Positions 39,312 through 51,085 are shown, counted from the first letter of the stretch. The stretch is DNA of 64,000 bases from Eledone cirrhosa (GCA_964016885.1 OZ024742.1:51894001-51958000); one strand, 5' to 3'. A program made the numbers and translations. The notes: generated by a model not told the origin, from the letters alone.

Positions 39312-41217
39312 TCACTCACCCTTCGCCTCCTGGGGACCAGGCCGCACGATTTCCATGGGGGTGTTGGAGGGGTTGTCTGGATGGGTGGTGGTTTCCGGCG
39401 GGGTGGGGACGCAGATGTTTGGTGGGGTGGGGTCTGGTGGGATGGGGGTGTCTGGGGTGGGGAGGCATTTGAGAAGGACGCGGTTGAGTGGTTTCACGCA
39501 GGAATTCCCCACATCCTTCTCAAATGTTTCTTTTAGGGACCTATAAGTTTGTATAGGGACCCTAATCAGTTTTAGGTTCATTTTTTTGCTATTTTTTATA
39601 GAGTGGGCGAAAATTTTCCCTTCGGTGAAAACCGAAGGGTCGTTCGTAATGGTCTCCATTAGTGTTTTGTTTTCAGTGTTTATGTAAGTGTAAGTGTAAT
39701 TTTCTTGTGTTGTGTTTGTTTTTGTCTGTAGTTCTTGTGTGTGCTTTCGTTTTGTTGTAGGTATTTTGTTTTCAGGAGGTGGGGGTTTTGTTTGTGATAT
39801 TTTTGTTGTTTGTGTTGGTGGTTGTATGTTTGTGGTAGTGTTTGCTGGTTTTTTTGCTTTTGTGATGTCTTTTCTTTCTTTTCGAGCGATGGGGTTCTCC
39901 CTCGTCTTCACTGGGTGATGGCGAGATAGCCTCATCTGTTGTAATGTCTGTGTGATTGGGGAGGGGTATGTCTTGGGGAGCTGTTGTGTCTGTATGTGAT
40001 TTTGCAGTGGTTTTAGGTGGAGTGAGGTTGGGTGGGACTGTGTTTGTTGTGGTTATTTTTGTGTGTTGGTGTTGTTGTTGTAGTGGTGGTGTTGGTGGTT
40101 GTGTTGTTTTGATGGGTGTTGGCAGAAGAGCCTTTTTTTGGTTCATTAGTTTAGGACAGGAAGCCCTCAGGTGACCCCTGCTAAAGCAATGGTAACATGA
40201 AGGCCGCCTACCCTCAACCGAAAGGTTTATGTAGGTAAGTCCGTCCAGGAGTACACGCTGTGGGATCATAGCTATTCGCTCTGGGCTCATTTGCACCAGA
40301 ACTTCAATGCTAGTCCCATTGAATACATCTCTGGGGGACTTGCCTACTGACAGTATTCTGTCTTCATCAAAATTGATGAAGCCGCACAGTATCCACCATA
40401 TGTTCACCTTTGGTGTGACACTTGTGATTCTGATCTTTTGTGTCCTTTTTCCCATGTATGTAGGGAAAAAGGTGTACAGGTTGGATACAATTGGCGACAC
40501 AGAGTAATTTTGGGCCGTCAATTGATCCTTCATCAGTACCGAAATACTCCCAAAAAGTTTGCTTCTTTGAATGAATGCAATATCATTCATTGAATCTTTG
40601 AAAACCAGTTCAATATCTTTCTGTGAGAATTGGACTGGTTTTCGGGTAGAATTGGAAACTGTCCTAAAAACTATCGTTTTGAGAGCAGTTTCCTTGCGAA
40701 TTTCTACCGGAGAATTGATGCTGAAAGCACCATTTTTTTCGAAGGTGACATATCTCTTAGCGTCCTTTAAAAGGTGTTCAGCATTTGTTATGTCGAGATA
40801 TATCAATTGTTCTTTCTTTTGAACTTTCTCCGCAAAGGAGATTTTTGGTTTCTTTGTGGAATCCGTATTGGTGGTGTTGTCATTATTGTTGTTATTCTTG
40901 TTGTCAGCGATGTTGGTATCATCCGTATTTTCCTTGGTGTTGTTGTTGTCTTTGATGCTGGTGTTATTGGCGTTGTCTTTATTTTTTTCTTTGTTGTTGT
41001 TATCATTGTTGCTTTTATCATCATTATTGGTTTTGCTGTTATTTTTGTTGTCATTGAGCTGTTTGGTGTCATTTGTGTTGTTTGGATGTGAATTCGTTTT
41101 TTTATTTTCATTTTGTCTTTCCATCTCTATAGTATCTAGTGAAGAAGACGTTGTTGACTGCGAGCTTTGTAGTCTTAACGCCTCTCCACCACCATTATCG
41201 TTGGACGCAGCGTTCAT
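39312..41217 (-). pseudogene. Copy C ORF1 (nucleic-acid chaperone, CCHC knuckle), one frameshift
   Basis: 481-aa ORF with CYHCFSRGHLRASC continues in ORF 39312-39935. The shift is probably at the 7-nt homopolymer 39849-39855. Confidence 0.9.
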
Positions 41218-41703
41218 AACGTAATCAAAATTTTACAATATTTTTTCCAAGATTCGATGGAGAAAAATTTTTTAAATGGATATTCCGCCCCTGAAGGGGC
41301 GAAAATGAGTTGACCCACCACCTGAAGGTCCAGACGGGTGGTCAAGTTACACAAGGATATAAAATTGAACTAAAAACTCACGTTTTTTCCTTACATAAAT
41401 TAACGGAAACTTCTCCGCGAAGTGACACACGACTGATAGAGAGATAGAGAGATAGATAGATAGATAGATATATAGATAGATAGATAGATTTCTTTATTTA
41501 CCATAAAGGCATAAAAAGAAGGGACAAATACAAAGGGGGAGTTTACATATAATCGAGTAAAAAGGGTGTAACATGAAAATAATCGAAAATAACCTCAAAA
41601 GGGAGGGGACGTGATGGCGGTTGCACACACCCCCGAAAAAGTGTGCAATCCTTTGCCCGGGGAGCACATGGAGAAGGTGCTCCCCTCTCCTTTACTTCTT
41701 TAC

Positions 41704-44700
41704 CTACAGGATGGTATACAGAGAAGGCCCATTTACACGAGCCATTCTCGCCACTATCACCCACCTTTCATAAAACTGCCTGTGGCCAAGCACCTCTCTC
41801 TCCATTCTTATCCTTCTTCCGAAGTGATATCGGAAGAAGTAGACCAGACTATGGCCAGAGAGGAAGTTGCCTGACCTCAGACCTTTCAATCGTGTCCACC
41901 AAACAACCTCTTTCAACATGGCTATTACGCACAGAAAAACCGCCTTTGCTTCCTTTGTGAAGAGGGGAGGCGGTTTGATTGTCATCACGGACTCGGCGGT
42001 CAATTTAATCGGCGCCACCCGCGACAGCAGTTGTTCGGCGTAGCCCCACAGATCAGCCACGCCCGGACATTGCACCAATGCGTGCGCTACGGTTTCTTCG
42101 TGACGCACGCATCTAGGGCAAATCTTTTTTGAGGGATCCCTGCCCGGGCGCCCGTGTCTGTAGAGCCTCTCTCGAACGGGTAGAGCCCCTCGGTAGCACT
42201 GCCAGGCCAGTGACTTCTGGAAGTTGTCCATTGGTCCTGGGCCGAAAGTCCTACCGAACAGGCTGGCCAGTTCGTCTTCTTCCATGTCCAGCGACTCTCC
42301 AAGGGTGTCATCGCCCCTGCTAGCCACCAGCCCTCTATAGAATGATGAGGTGGATTCTCCACCGATGGCCTGGCCCGCTTGCCAGAGAGCCCTGAGCGCC
42401 TGAGCACACTCAGTGTGCCAGTCTCCCAGTTTTCCGGATCTTTGCTTGACCCAGGACTGTAGCTCGGTGAGTGAGACGAGTCTCGGAAAGGCTCGTTTCA
42501 CGAACGGAGCCCACACCGGTTGACCAGTGAGGAATACCTGTAGGTGCCGTAGCCTTAATGCGTGCCTACGCATCATCAACCACGGCATCCCCAGCCCTCC
42601 TTTCGAAGGTTGTTGGCAGCAGATGGATCTTCTCACCATAGGAGGACGCTTCTTCCAAAGAAATTGGAAGAGCATGCGTTCCATGGTGGTGAGTGTTTCC
42701 TTAGGGCAAGGCACGACAGTCAGGCGGTAGTAAGTGACGGACGCTATGTAAATGTTCGCCACCTCCGCCCGGCCTTTTAGGGACAGCTTACACTTGGCCC
42801 ATTTCTGGGTTAGTGCAAACACCTTGTTCGTAACCTCGTTCCAGTTCTTTTCCACCTGGAGCTCCGGCCCAAACCAGACCCCAAGCAACTTTACCGGGCC
42901 CTCCGTCCAGTGTCCGACGACACCGTCAGGAGGCATCGGTTTGCCTCTCCACGTTCCGAGTTGCAGCCCGATGGATTTTTCCCGGTTCAGTTTCGCTCCT
43001 GACAACCTTTCGTACTCCTCCAGTAAGGTACCGATCGCCTCGATCTCCGAGTCGGTTGATACCATTACTGTTACGTCATCGGCGTAGGCCGACACCGCTT
43101 TGCTCAATCCTGGTTCCAGGGGGATACCCTGCAACAACTCCAACTTCCTCAGTAAAGGCTCGAGAGTCAATACGTACAGAAGGGAGGAGAGAGGGCACCC
43201 CTGTCGAATGGATCGTGTGATTTCGAACGGCTTCGAAAGGTAGCCGTTCACCTTGATCCTAGAACAGATGTGGTTGCTATGTAGGGCAGTGATCCAGCCT
43301 CTGAATCCAGCCGCCGCTAGCACCGCATCCAGGTAACCATGGTCGACCCTATCGAAGGCCTTAGACTGATCCAAGTTGATCAGGGCCCCACCGAAGCCGG
43401 GTTTGTTGCCAACCCTCTCTATGATGTATCGCATGAGGTGGAGGTTATCGTGAATGGACCTGGATGGGATAGCACATGTCTGCGCATCTCCCACCAGGCC
43501 ACCCACGACAAGCGCCAACCTCTTTGCTAACACCTTGGCCAAAATCTTTAACTCTGTGTTTATCAGGGTTATGGGCCGAAAATTATTTATACTATCCCCC
43601 TTGTTCTCGTCCTTCCTCACCAGCGTGACTACGCCCTTGGCTACAGAACAAGGAATTCTCCCGTTCTGCTGCCAATTGCAGTAGACCGCTTCGAGGAGTT
43701 CGGAGAAGAAGACCGGCATTGCTAAATAAAGTTCGTAAGGTATACCATCGAGACCTGGAGATTTGCGTCTGCTGCATTGGCTCAGCGCATCTCCGATCTC
43801 ATCAGCCGAGATTGGTCCCTCGCAGGACTCTGCCTCTTTGTTCGAGAGACGCGGCAGGCCGTCGAGGTATGGACCGAAATCCACGCCCCGGCCCGGACCC
43901 TCTCCTCCCCCGAACAATCGGGCAAAGTGCTTTTGAAAGGCCTCGCACATCTGCTTAGGCTCCCGGATCACTCGTCCATCTTCGTCTTGCAACGACCGGA
44001 TGGTGGATCGATTTCCACTCTTAGCTTCTGTCACGCGGGCCCATCCAACGGCTTTGGCCCCCTCATTACCTAGAGTACGTATTTTACTTCGAATGACGCA
44101 GCCTTCATGCTTTGCATCGAAAAACTGGTTCAAGGCCGTCCTCGATGCCAGCACTCTGGCCACATCTTCGCTCTTGATTGCCTCTTCTAATTTACCTGTT
44201 AATTCTTTCTCGTTTCTATTCCTATCGGCAGCTAACATCTTGCTATAACTTATTGATTCTGTTCTAATCTCTCTTTTGAGAGATGCCCACCATCGGTTGT
44301 TGACGATTGCACCCGTCAACCTCTCCTTAACTAATCTGCTAATCCGGTTTCTGTAAGTCTCTTTTGCCGGTAAAGACAAATTAAGTTTCCAGTAACCGGG
44401 ACCCTGTCTATGTGTTTTCTCGGGATTGACCACGCAGGTCACTAATTTGTGATCCGTGTAGCCAACCGTGCGCATTTCTGGACAGCTTAATATGTCCCTA
44501 TCCTTACTTCTAACTAAGAATATATCTAAGTACGATCTAGATTGACCACTGTGGTTTCTCCAAGTCCAGGTAGGCACAGTTGGAAAATCTAGTCGATATC
44601 TATCGACCAAGTTAAAACGGTCGAGTAACCCCTTGAGGCTGTTACACCCCCCTCTATTAGGACGTGCTCCTGCATAGTCCCAACGTGCATCCAGGATGTC

Positions 44701-45129
44701 ATTCCAATCCCCCGCTAGAAGCAGGGAACGCGACGTTCCCAGAAAAGTCTCCAAACGCTGGAAGAAGACGGGCCGTTCAGCTCCGAAAGGGGAGTAGACG
44801 GCGACCAGTCTCAAGGCCGCACTTTCACTACTGCCAACGTCTAGCACCAACAAACGACCCTCCGGGTCCGAGTGCACAACCTGTACGGCAAGACCCAGGT
44901 GTTTTTGCAGCAGTACGACAACCCCACCCCCACCTCCAGGTTGACAGAGAGATGCATGCACCTCAAAGTCATCGAAGGTGGGGGCCAGCTGCCGCATGAC
45001 GCTGATTCGAGTCTCACAGATAACCATTACATTTATACTACATGACCTGAGGTCATTTAGAAGCTTTGCTTGCTTCCAAGTTGAGCCCAGGCCACGTGCA
45101 TTCAAACATCCTACTCTTAACACATCCAT
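41704..45129 (-). CDS. LINE ORF2 protein: APE endonuclease, reverse transcriptase, C-terminal CCHC finger (1141 aa)
   Basis: Uninterrupted ORF with NARGL, GDWN, TDH, KSPGLDG, RPITL, KAFDRVDH, RQGCPLS, YADD and CPRCVRHEETVAHALVQC. Confidence 0.95.
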   Translation of the reverse strand: MDVLRVGCLNARGLGSTWKQAKLLNDLRSCSINVMVICETRISVMRQLAPTFDDFEVHASLCQPGGGGGVVVLLQKHLGLAVQVVHSDPEGRLLVLDVGSSESAALRLVAVYSPFGAERPVFFQRLETFLGTSRSLLLAGDWNDILDARWDYAGARPNRGGCNSLKGLLDRFNLVDRYRLDFPTVPTWTWRNHSGQSRSYLDIFLVRSKDRDILSCPEMRTVGYTDHKLVTCVVNPEKTHRQGPGYWKLNLSLPAKETYRNRISRLVKERLTGAIVNNRWWASLKREIRTESISYSKMLAADRNRNEKELTGKLEEAIKSEDVARVLASRTALNQFFDAKHEGCVIRSKIRTLGNEGAKAVGWARVTEAKSGNRSTIRSLQDEDGRVIREPKQMCEAFQKHFARLFGGGEGPGRGVDFGPYLDGLPRLSNKEAESCEGPISADEIGDALSQCSRRKSPGLDGIPYELYLAMPVFFSELLEAVYCNWQQNGRIPCSVAKGVVTLVRKDENKGDSINNFRPITLINTELKILAKVLAKRLALVVGGLVGDAQTCAIPSRSIHDNLHLMRYIIERVGNKPGFGGALINLDQSKAFDRVDHGYLDAVLAAAGFRGWITALHSNHICSRIKVNGYLSKPFEITRSIRQGCPLSSLLYVLTLEPLLRKLELLQGIPLEPGLSKAVSAYADDVTVMVSTDSEIEAIGTLLEEYERLSGAKLNREKSIGLQLGTWRGKPMPPDGVVGHWTEGPVKLLGVWFGPELQVEKNWNEVTNKVFALTQKWAKCKLSLKGRAEVANIYIASVTYYRLTVVPCPKETLTTMERMLFQFLWKKRPPMVRRSICCQQPSKGGLGMPWLMMRRHALRLRHLQVFLTGQPVWAPFVKRAFPRLVSLTELQSWVKQRSGKLGDWHTECAQALRALWQAGQAIGGESTSSFYRGLVASRGDDTLGESLDMEEDELASLFGRTFGPGPMDNFQKSLAWQCYRGALPVRERLYRHGRPGRDPSKKICPRCVRHEETVAHALVQCPGVADLWGYAEQLLSRVAPIKLTAESVMTIKPPPLFTKEAKAVFLCVIAMLKEVVWWTRLKGLRSGNFLSGHSLVYFFRYHFGRRIRMEREVLGHRQFYERWVIVARMARVNGPSLYTIL

Positions 45130-45162
45130 GTGGGCGGCAGAGCCAAAGGAGAGTGTAGAGAC

Positions 45163-47064
45163 CTACCTTTCCGCTTCCCGGGGTTCGGGTTGCACGACTT
45201 CCATGGGGTCGGGGGTGTTGGGTGAAGGGGTGTCTTGTGGTGGTGTGAGGTCGTCAGTGTGTGGTGGGGTTGGGGTGTTTGGAGTTGTGTTGGGGAGGGG
45301 AAGGGGAGGGGGAAAGCTTTTTAGTAGGACGCGGTTTATGGGTTTGACAGAGGGTGGTCCTACGTCCTCCTTAAAATCCTTTTTTAGTTTTTGGTAGAGG
45401 TTCATTGGGATTTTTATTAGTTTTAAATGTGGGTGGTTTTCTGACGAAACAAAGTTTACACCTTCGGTTTGTACCGAAGGATTATTGTATATGAGTTCAT
45501 TTAATTTATTATTGTTTCTGTTGATGTAAGTATAGTGTAATGTCTTTTTTTCCGATGGTGTGAGTGTTTCGAAGAGGGGAGGGGCAGGTTTGGTTTTGTT
45601 TGTTGCTGGAGGGGTGTTTTCTGTTTTGTTGGATTGTGTTGCGATTTGGGTGGGGGTTGTTTGTCCTTGTGTGTTTTGCACATGTTTTCTTTTTTTCCTT
45701 TTAATCTGTCTGAAGGACTCCGTTTCTTCCTCCGAATTCGTTGGGTTATCTTCAGTGTTGGAGGGAAGAGGTATGTTTGCTGGTAATGTTTCCGTGTTGG
45801 TTTTCTTTGTGGGGGAAATGGATGTCACTATGTTAGACTGTGTTATGTGTTGTGTCTGCGGTGGTTGTGTTGTTTTATTGAGTGAGAGGTTGGGTGGGCC
45901 TGTATTTTGTTTTGGGGTAATGTGTTGTGACTGTTTGTGTTGTGGTGGTGTTGTGGTTTTACTGAGGGACGGGTTGGGTGGGACTGAGTTTTGTTGTTTG
46001 TTTATCTGTTGTGGTGGTGGTGGTGGAGCTGGTGTTGGTAGCAGGGTTTTCTTTTTGTTGAGTTGGGGACAAGCGGCCTTCAGGGGCCCTCTGCCTGCAC
46101 AGATATGGCAGGACGGCCTTCTCCCCTCCACGCTAATGTTTATATACCCGTGGTCCTCTAATAGGATTCTGTCGGGTATTTGGGCGATGCGTTCAGGCTT
46201 CATTTGTACTACCAGCTCTATACCTGTTCCACTGAACGCATTGCCTGTGGTTTTCCCAATGGAAATCACGTTGTCATTCACTGGATCGATGAAGCCAGCT
46301 ATGAGCCAGCAGTAGTCCACATCTGGCATCATTGCATCCAGCCATATGCGTTGAGTTTTTTTCCCCAAAAAAGATGGATAAAAGGTGAAAATTTTCGAAC
46401 GAATCGGTGACAAAGCACATTTTTTTGCCGCCGATTCGTTCTTCATGATAATTGCTAGGCTTCCATACAGTCTGTCTTATCTTATGAAAGTTGTTTCATT
46501 CAGTACTTCTGTGAGTACTGTTTTGATATCTGCTTGAGAAGGCTGTTCGGGTTTTTTTGTACTGTTGTTGATGGTCCGAAACTTGACCGTTCGGCTTTCA
46601 ATGTCTTTCGTGAATTCTTGAGGCATTTTTATCAATAAAATACCATTCTCACCTTCACTTATGTATTGTTTGGCGTCCGTGATCCTTCGTACCACATCTG
46701 AAATGTTTTCCGCTATATAAGTCAAAGATTTCTTTGTTTTCTGTGCAAATGAAATCTTGTCGTCTGCTTTGTTTTCTGATATGGTGTTATTTTCAACTGT
46801 TATTTTTTTGTTTGTTGTGTCTTTGTTTGTGTTATTAGTATTGTCATGCAATTTTTCAAATTTTTTTTTTTCGTTGTTGGAATCCAAGTCCAGATTTATG
46901 TTTTCGTCATTTAATTTTTTCTCCGCAGATTCGTCCGTTTTTATTTTCATTTTTCCTTCCTTCTCTATGACGTTAGTTGGGAAGGAAGGGAGGACTAAAG
47001 CGTGCGAGCTTACAACTCTTACCGCTGTCCCCCCACCACTATTTTCGTTCGCTGCGTTTAACAT
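45163..47064 (-). pseudogene. Copy D ORF1, one in-frame TAA (46477-79) and knuckle His-to-Pro change
   Basis: ORFs 46477-47064 and 45163-46446 are in frame (IR*DRLYGSLAIIMK). Knuckle reads CHICAGRGPLKAAC. Confidence 0.9.
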
Positions 47065-47303
47065 TTCTGTTAGACGATTGAAATTTTTTACACAAAATTT
47101 TTTAAAACAGGTTTTTCACCTCTAGGAGGGGTAAAGATGAGCTGACCCACCGCCTGACAGTTCAGACGGAGGGTCAAGCTACACAATTGTATCAAAATTA
47201 AGTTTGAACTCACAAAATTTCCTCGATAAATTTGAACAAAACTTCTGTGCGAAGTGAATGACATCCACACTGTAGAACAGACGACAGCTAGATTATATAG
47301 ATA

Positions 47304-47362
<59 letters not shown>

Positions 47363-48409
47363 AATGGAATGTACATAAATATCGTAACATTCAGCAATAT
47401 GAAAATATGTTATTCATTGATTACATTATCTGCTACAGACGGGAATACAGTGTATAGTGATAAATTACTTCTTTTATAACATAAACAATGACATTTTCTC
47501 ATACGTCAGGATCTACTGTCTAATTCGTACGGACAGTAACACAAAATTCTACTTGCTTTATGCGAGTATCAGAAAAGCATTTTCGACGTATTTGTTAAAG
47601 TTACTTATTCGATGATATCAGTGGTTTGAATACAAGAGTGGATGAGACATTTTTGTTATTACAATTATCTTCAGTTATTTATCAAGAGAGGATTAAAATA
47701 TAATTAATATATTAAGGCGTGTGTGTATATACGTATGAGCGGGTTAAATTCCTTACACTCATATTTTATATAAAGACGGTTTCTAATTCATTTAATTAAG
47801 AGCATTGTGTGTATATCCACTCCTTTAAAATGAAATGCTGAAGTAAACTATATCTTTAGCAACATACACACGTAAGCAAACAGTAAAAATATTCTTTACA
47901 ATATCACGACACATATAAAATGATTCGACAAAACACTACTAGGAAAAATGTAATGATCGTGAATTGTGCTCAATAGGGGCCTTTTTTGATAATATTCCAT
48001 AATGACAAATATAATTCTGGACAAGGTCTGGTTCGAAATTACCTGCATAAATTCTCGAAATTATATGAACAATTTCACAATGAATTTACGGAGTCTGATG
48101 TTCTTGATGAGGTGATCCTCTCAATGTCAAATTCAAATTTATCAAGCTATAACACGAAGCATAATTTAAGATGGCATGGCTTGTTTTGGTGATGAACTTT
48201 TCTATGGACTTCTTCAATAGAACTGCTTATATGCTTATCTTCTGGAGAAGTTTATATCTTTTTTGTAGCTTAATGACCGGTATTCCTATGCTCTCAACCG
48301 TTATGCTTCAGGTTTATCAATCACCTCTGAAACCCCACAATTTCTCCCACATCTAACTTTGTGTTATTCCAAACGACCTCTATCGCAAATACTTATCAGT
48401 ATAACTAAC

Positions 48410-48560
48410 ACCGAATTGACAGATCGTTATAGTGTCGGATGGAATGATTTGCTGTATTCGTCCCATGGTTCTGTCCTCCGAGTTCAAATTTCGCGCGGTC
48501 AATTTCGCATTTAATCATTTCAAGGTCGATAATTACTAGTCCGGTAGTGAGACCAATTTT
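48410..48560 (+). mobile_element. Degraded tRNA-derived SINE
   Basis: GAATTGACAGATCGTTA...GAGTTCAAATTTCGCG...AAGGTCGATAA. Confidence 0.55.
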
Positions 48561-49742
48561 TACTCTATATCGCGTCATCACGTCCTCTCTATTGCATACA
48601 CTTTAACTTTCTCTCACTGCCTCTTCTTCTCTGAAAGAGGTCGGCTATGTTCAAATCTGGAGAGATAATGAGATTGGCTCCGTTTACGATGATAAATGTA
48701 TGTAGCAAATGTTTTCCAAAGACTCACTTTCCTGTCGCACACTCATCAGGATCTTCTTCTATCGACGTGATCACTCTGAATTAATTTCAAATATTTTGTT
48801 TCTACAAGTTTACACACGAAGACCCCCATTGGTGCTATTCGAATTAAAATGGAGAGATTATATATTTTGGTTCCATAAAATGGTCGAATATATTTCCTTC
48901 AGTAAGAGAGTAATGTTTGAATCATTTCTCAAGTTCATAGGAAATAAAAGAATCAGAAACCAAGTGTACAGGATTCAAAATAATATGAGCCTTTTTATGA
49001 AGCTATGAATCTGCTAAAATGATGATAGAGAAATATCGATATTTATGTGTATAAACTAAGGTGACATCATATCTTTGCCCTATACCCACGGCATGATACA
49101 TTTTTTTATGATTTTATTTCTTATATATGCACACAAAACCCTGCTTTACAAATTATATATAGACATTTCCTATTCATTCCTCCGTTTTCCCAGGACTACA
49201 ATTTATTAAAGTGCACATAAATTATGTATATATATATATATATAATATTCTAGCTGGACCAGTTAGCACCTAACTGGCTTTCATATGTAAAACTGTAAAA
49301 GCAAAATCTTGGAAATTAATTATATTACCTGTTTGACGGAAATATATCATGGGAATACAATTTTACTACAACATCGTTCATTTATGCAGATAGGTGTAAA
49401 CTGACGTCTAGGGAAAATAAGCTGTCATTATTCAGCCATTTTTTCCACACTTTCATTGTCCGCTTTTATTGTTTAAATAATTTCAGTCATATGACTGCTG
49501 TCACAACTTCGAATAGTCAACAAAGGGAATTTAATCACTTATATAGACCCCGTTGTTTTTTATCTTATTTTTTTCATCGGTCTCGTAAAAGTGAAAAAAC
49601 ATACTCGACCTCGATTCAAATAGATACAAATCATCAATCTGCCTATGAACAAACATACACACACACACACACACATACATACAAACATACATACATATAT
49701 AAATATATACATACATACATACGTACATACAAACATATATTC

Positions 49743-49770
<28 letters not shown>

Positions 49771-49773
<3 letters not shown>

Positions 49774-50483
49774 CATTATGAAGAGAGAAGAAACATTTAG
49801 ATATAATTAGTAATAAAATGTATCATACCTAAACTGCTCCTAGATTCCTCGACTACGTAGTTTCGTGGCATAAACAAAAACAATACATCAGAAAGATATA
49901 GAGTCCTTGCGAGGTCTGCCGACTTATCAAGAGGATACCTCATTTTACTAGTCTCAAGAACGCGTCTACACGACGTGAGAAAGATTCCCAAAAGGCGGAG
50001 AGGGAGATAGTCACGCGATATAACGGTCGAGAAACAGAGCTAAGCCTCTTATAACCCCGAAGAAAATGCCACGGAGGCGGAGGGGGTATTTATATCGAAG
50101 CCGTAGAAGAGGTGGTGAAGGAGACGAGAAGTATGAGTAATGGAAGCTTTCCAGCAGTCCCCACACTTCAAAGATTGCTCGACCAGAGGGAGTTATTAAC
50201 AATATATTTAGAAACACACAGATACATGCGGACACACACATATACATGAATGCATCCGCACCCAACCGTGAGTTAAGGGTGCCAACTTCACCGATGTTGC
50301 TCAATGAATGACTGGGACAGACCAATCCGGTTGAACCAGACTGAACCAGTATCAGAGTTAAAAATACATTATGAAGAGAGAAGAAACATTTAGATATAAA
50401 TAGTAATAAAATGTATCATACCTAAACTGCTCCTAGATTCCTCGACTACGTAGTTTCGTGGCATAAACAAAACAAAAACAATA

Positions 50484-50488
<5 letters not shown>
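49771..50488 (-). mobile_element. Terminally redundant hammerhead-bearing element (593-bp monomer plus ~120-bp repeat) in (TA)n
   Basis: 49771-49890 is repeated at 50364-50488, with (TA)n on both flanks. No credible ORF. Confidence 0.85.
49846..49935 (-). ncRNA. Complete type I hammerhead with UUGAUAA (U3-A8) core
   Basis: Minus: TCCTC-TTGATAA-GTCGGCA...TGCCAC-GAAA-CTACGTAG-TC-GAGGA. 5-bp helix I, palindromic ACUACGUAGU helix III, GUC site. Confidence 0.85.
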
Positions 50489-50531
<43 letters not shown>

Positions 50532-50902
50532 AGTTTAACGTGCAATTGCAGTAGGTTCAGCCAAGTGAGCACTCGATGCGTAGTTTCCAGCCTTTAAAGA
50601 GGTGTAGAATTAAGCAGAGTGGGAAAATAATAAAAAGAACGATTTGTTCTGTTTTCCCTACGATTATGGAGTATTGACGCAGGTTTCGCTATTAATCAGC
50701 TCAAGGTTCCATCTGTATCGATCTGGCCCGACTCTGAAATCAAAGCTCGTCGGACCTCTATTGTGGTAATGATAGAATGAACGATACAAATCGAACCATG
50801 AGCTGATCAATAGTGAAACGTAATGAAGACATAAGAAGTCGTCCTTATTATTATACACACACACACCCACATCCACACACACGCACACACACACACACCC
50901 AT

Positions 50903-50982
<80 letters not shown>

Positions 50983-51037
50983 GTATATTAAATTCGAAGT
51001 GATAAGACCGGAACGACAATTTCCTCTGAGAGTTCCC

Positions 51038-51085
51038 CATACTCTGAGGAAAGGATAGATTTTTAAGTCCCGAAATATTAGGATG
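51038..51085 (+). ncRNA. Minimal hammerhead motif (canonical core)
   Basis: CATACT-CTGAGGA-AA-GGAT...GTCC-C-GAAATATTA-GGATG. Confidence 0.5.

Larger units (their letters stand above)
35604..41434 (-). mobile_element. L1/Tx1-like LINE copy C, full length
   Basis: 5'UTR-ORF1-33-bp spacer-ORF2-3'UTR, with GATA repeats at both ends. Confidence 0.96.
41489..47288 (-). mobile_element. L1/Tx1-like LINE copy D (diverged subfamily), full length
   Basis: Same architecture as A and C. 3' AATAAAGAAA-(TCTA)n at 41489, 5' end abuts (GATA)n at ~47290-47350. Confidence 0.96.

Noticed and set aside
39849-39855. Programmed ribosomal frameshift in copy C ORF1
   Set aside because: Copy D reads through the equivalent region in one frame. 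A homopolymer indel (mutation or sequencing error) is simpler.
29285-46410. Plus-strand ORFs overlapping the LINEs (e.g. 31387-31995, 45560-46315)
   Set aside because: Antisense shadows of GC-rich or biased coding sequence, with no recognisable domains.
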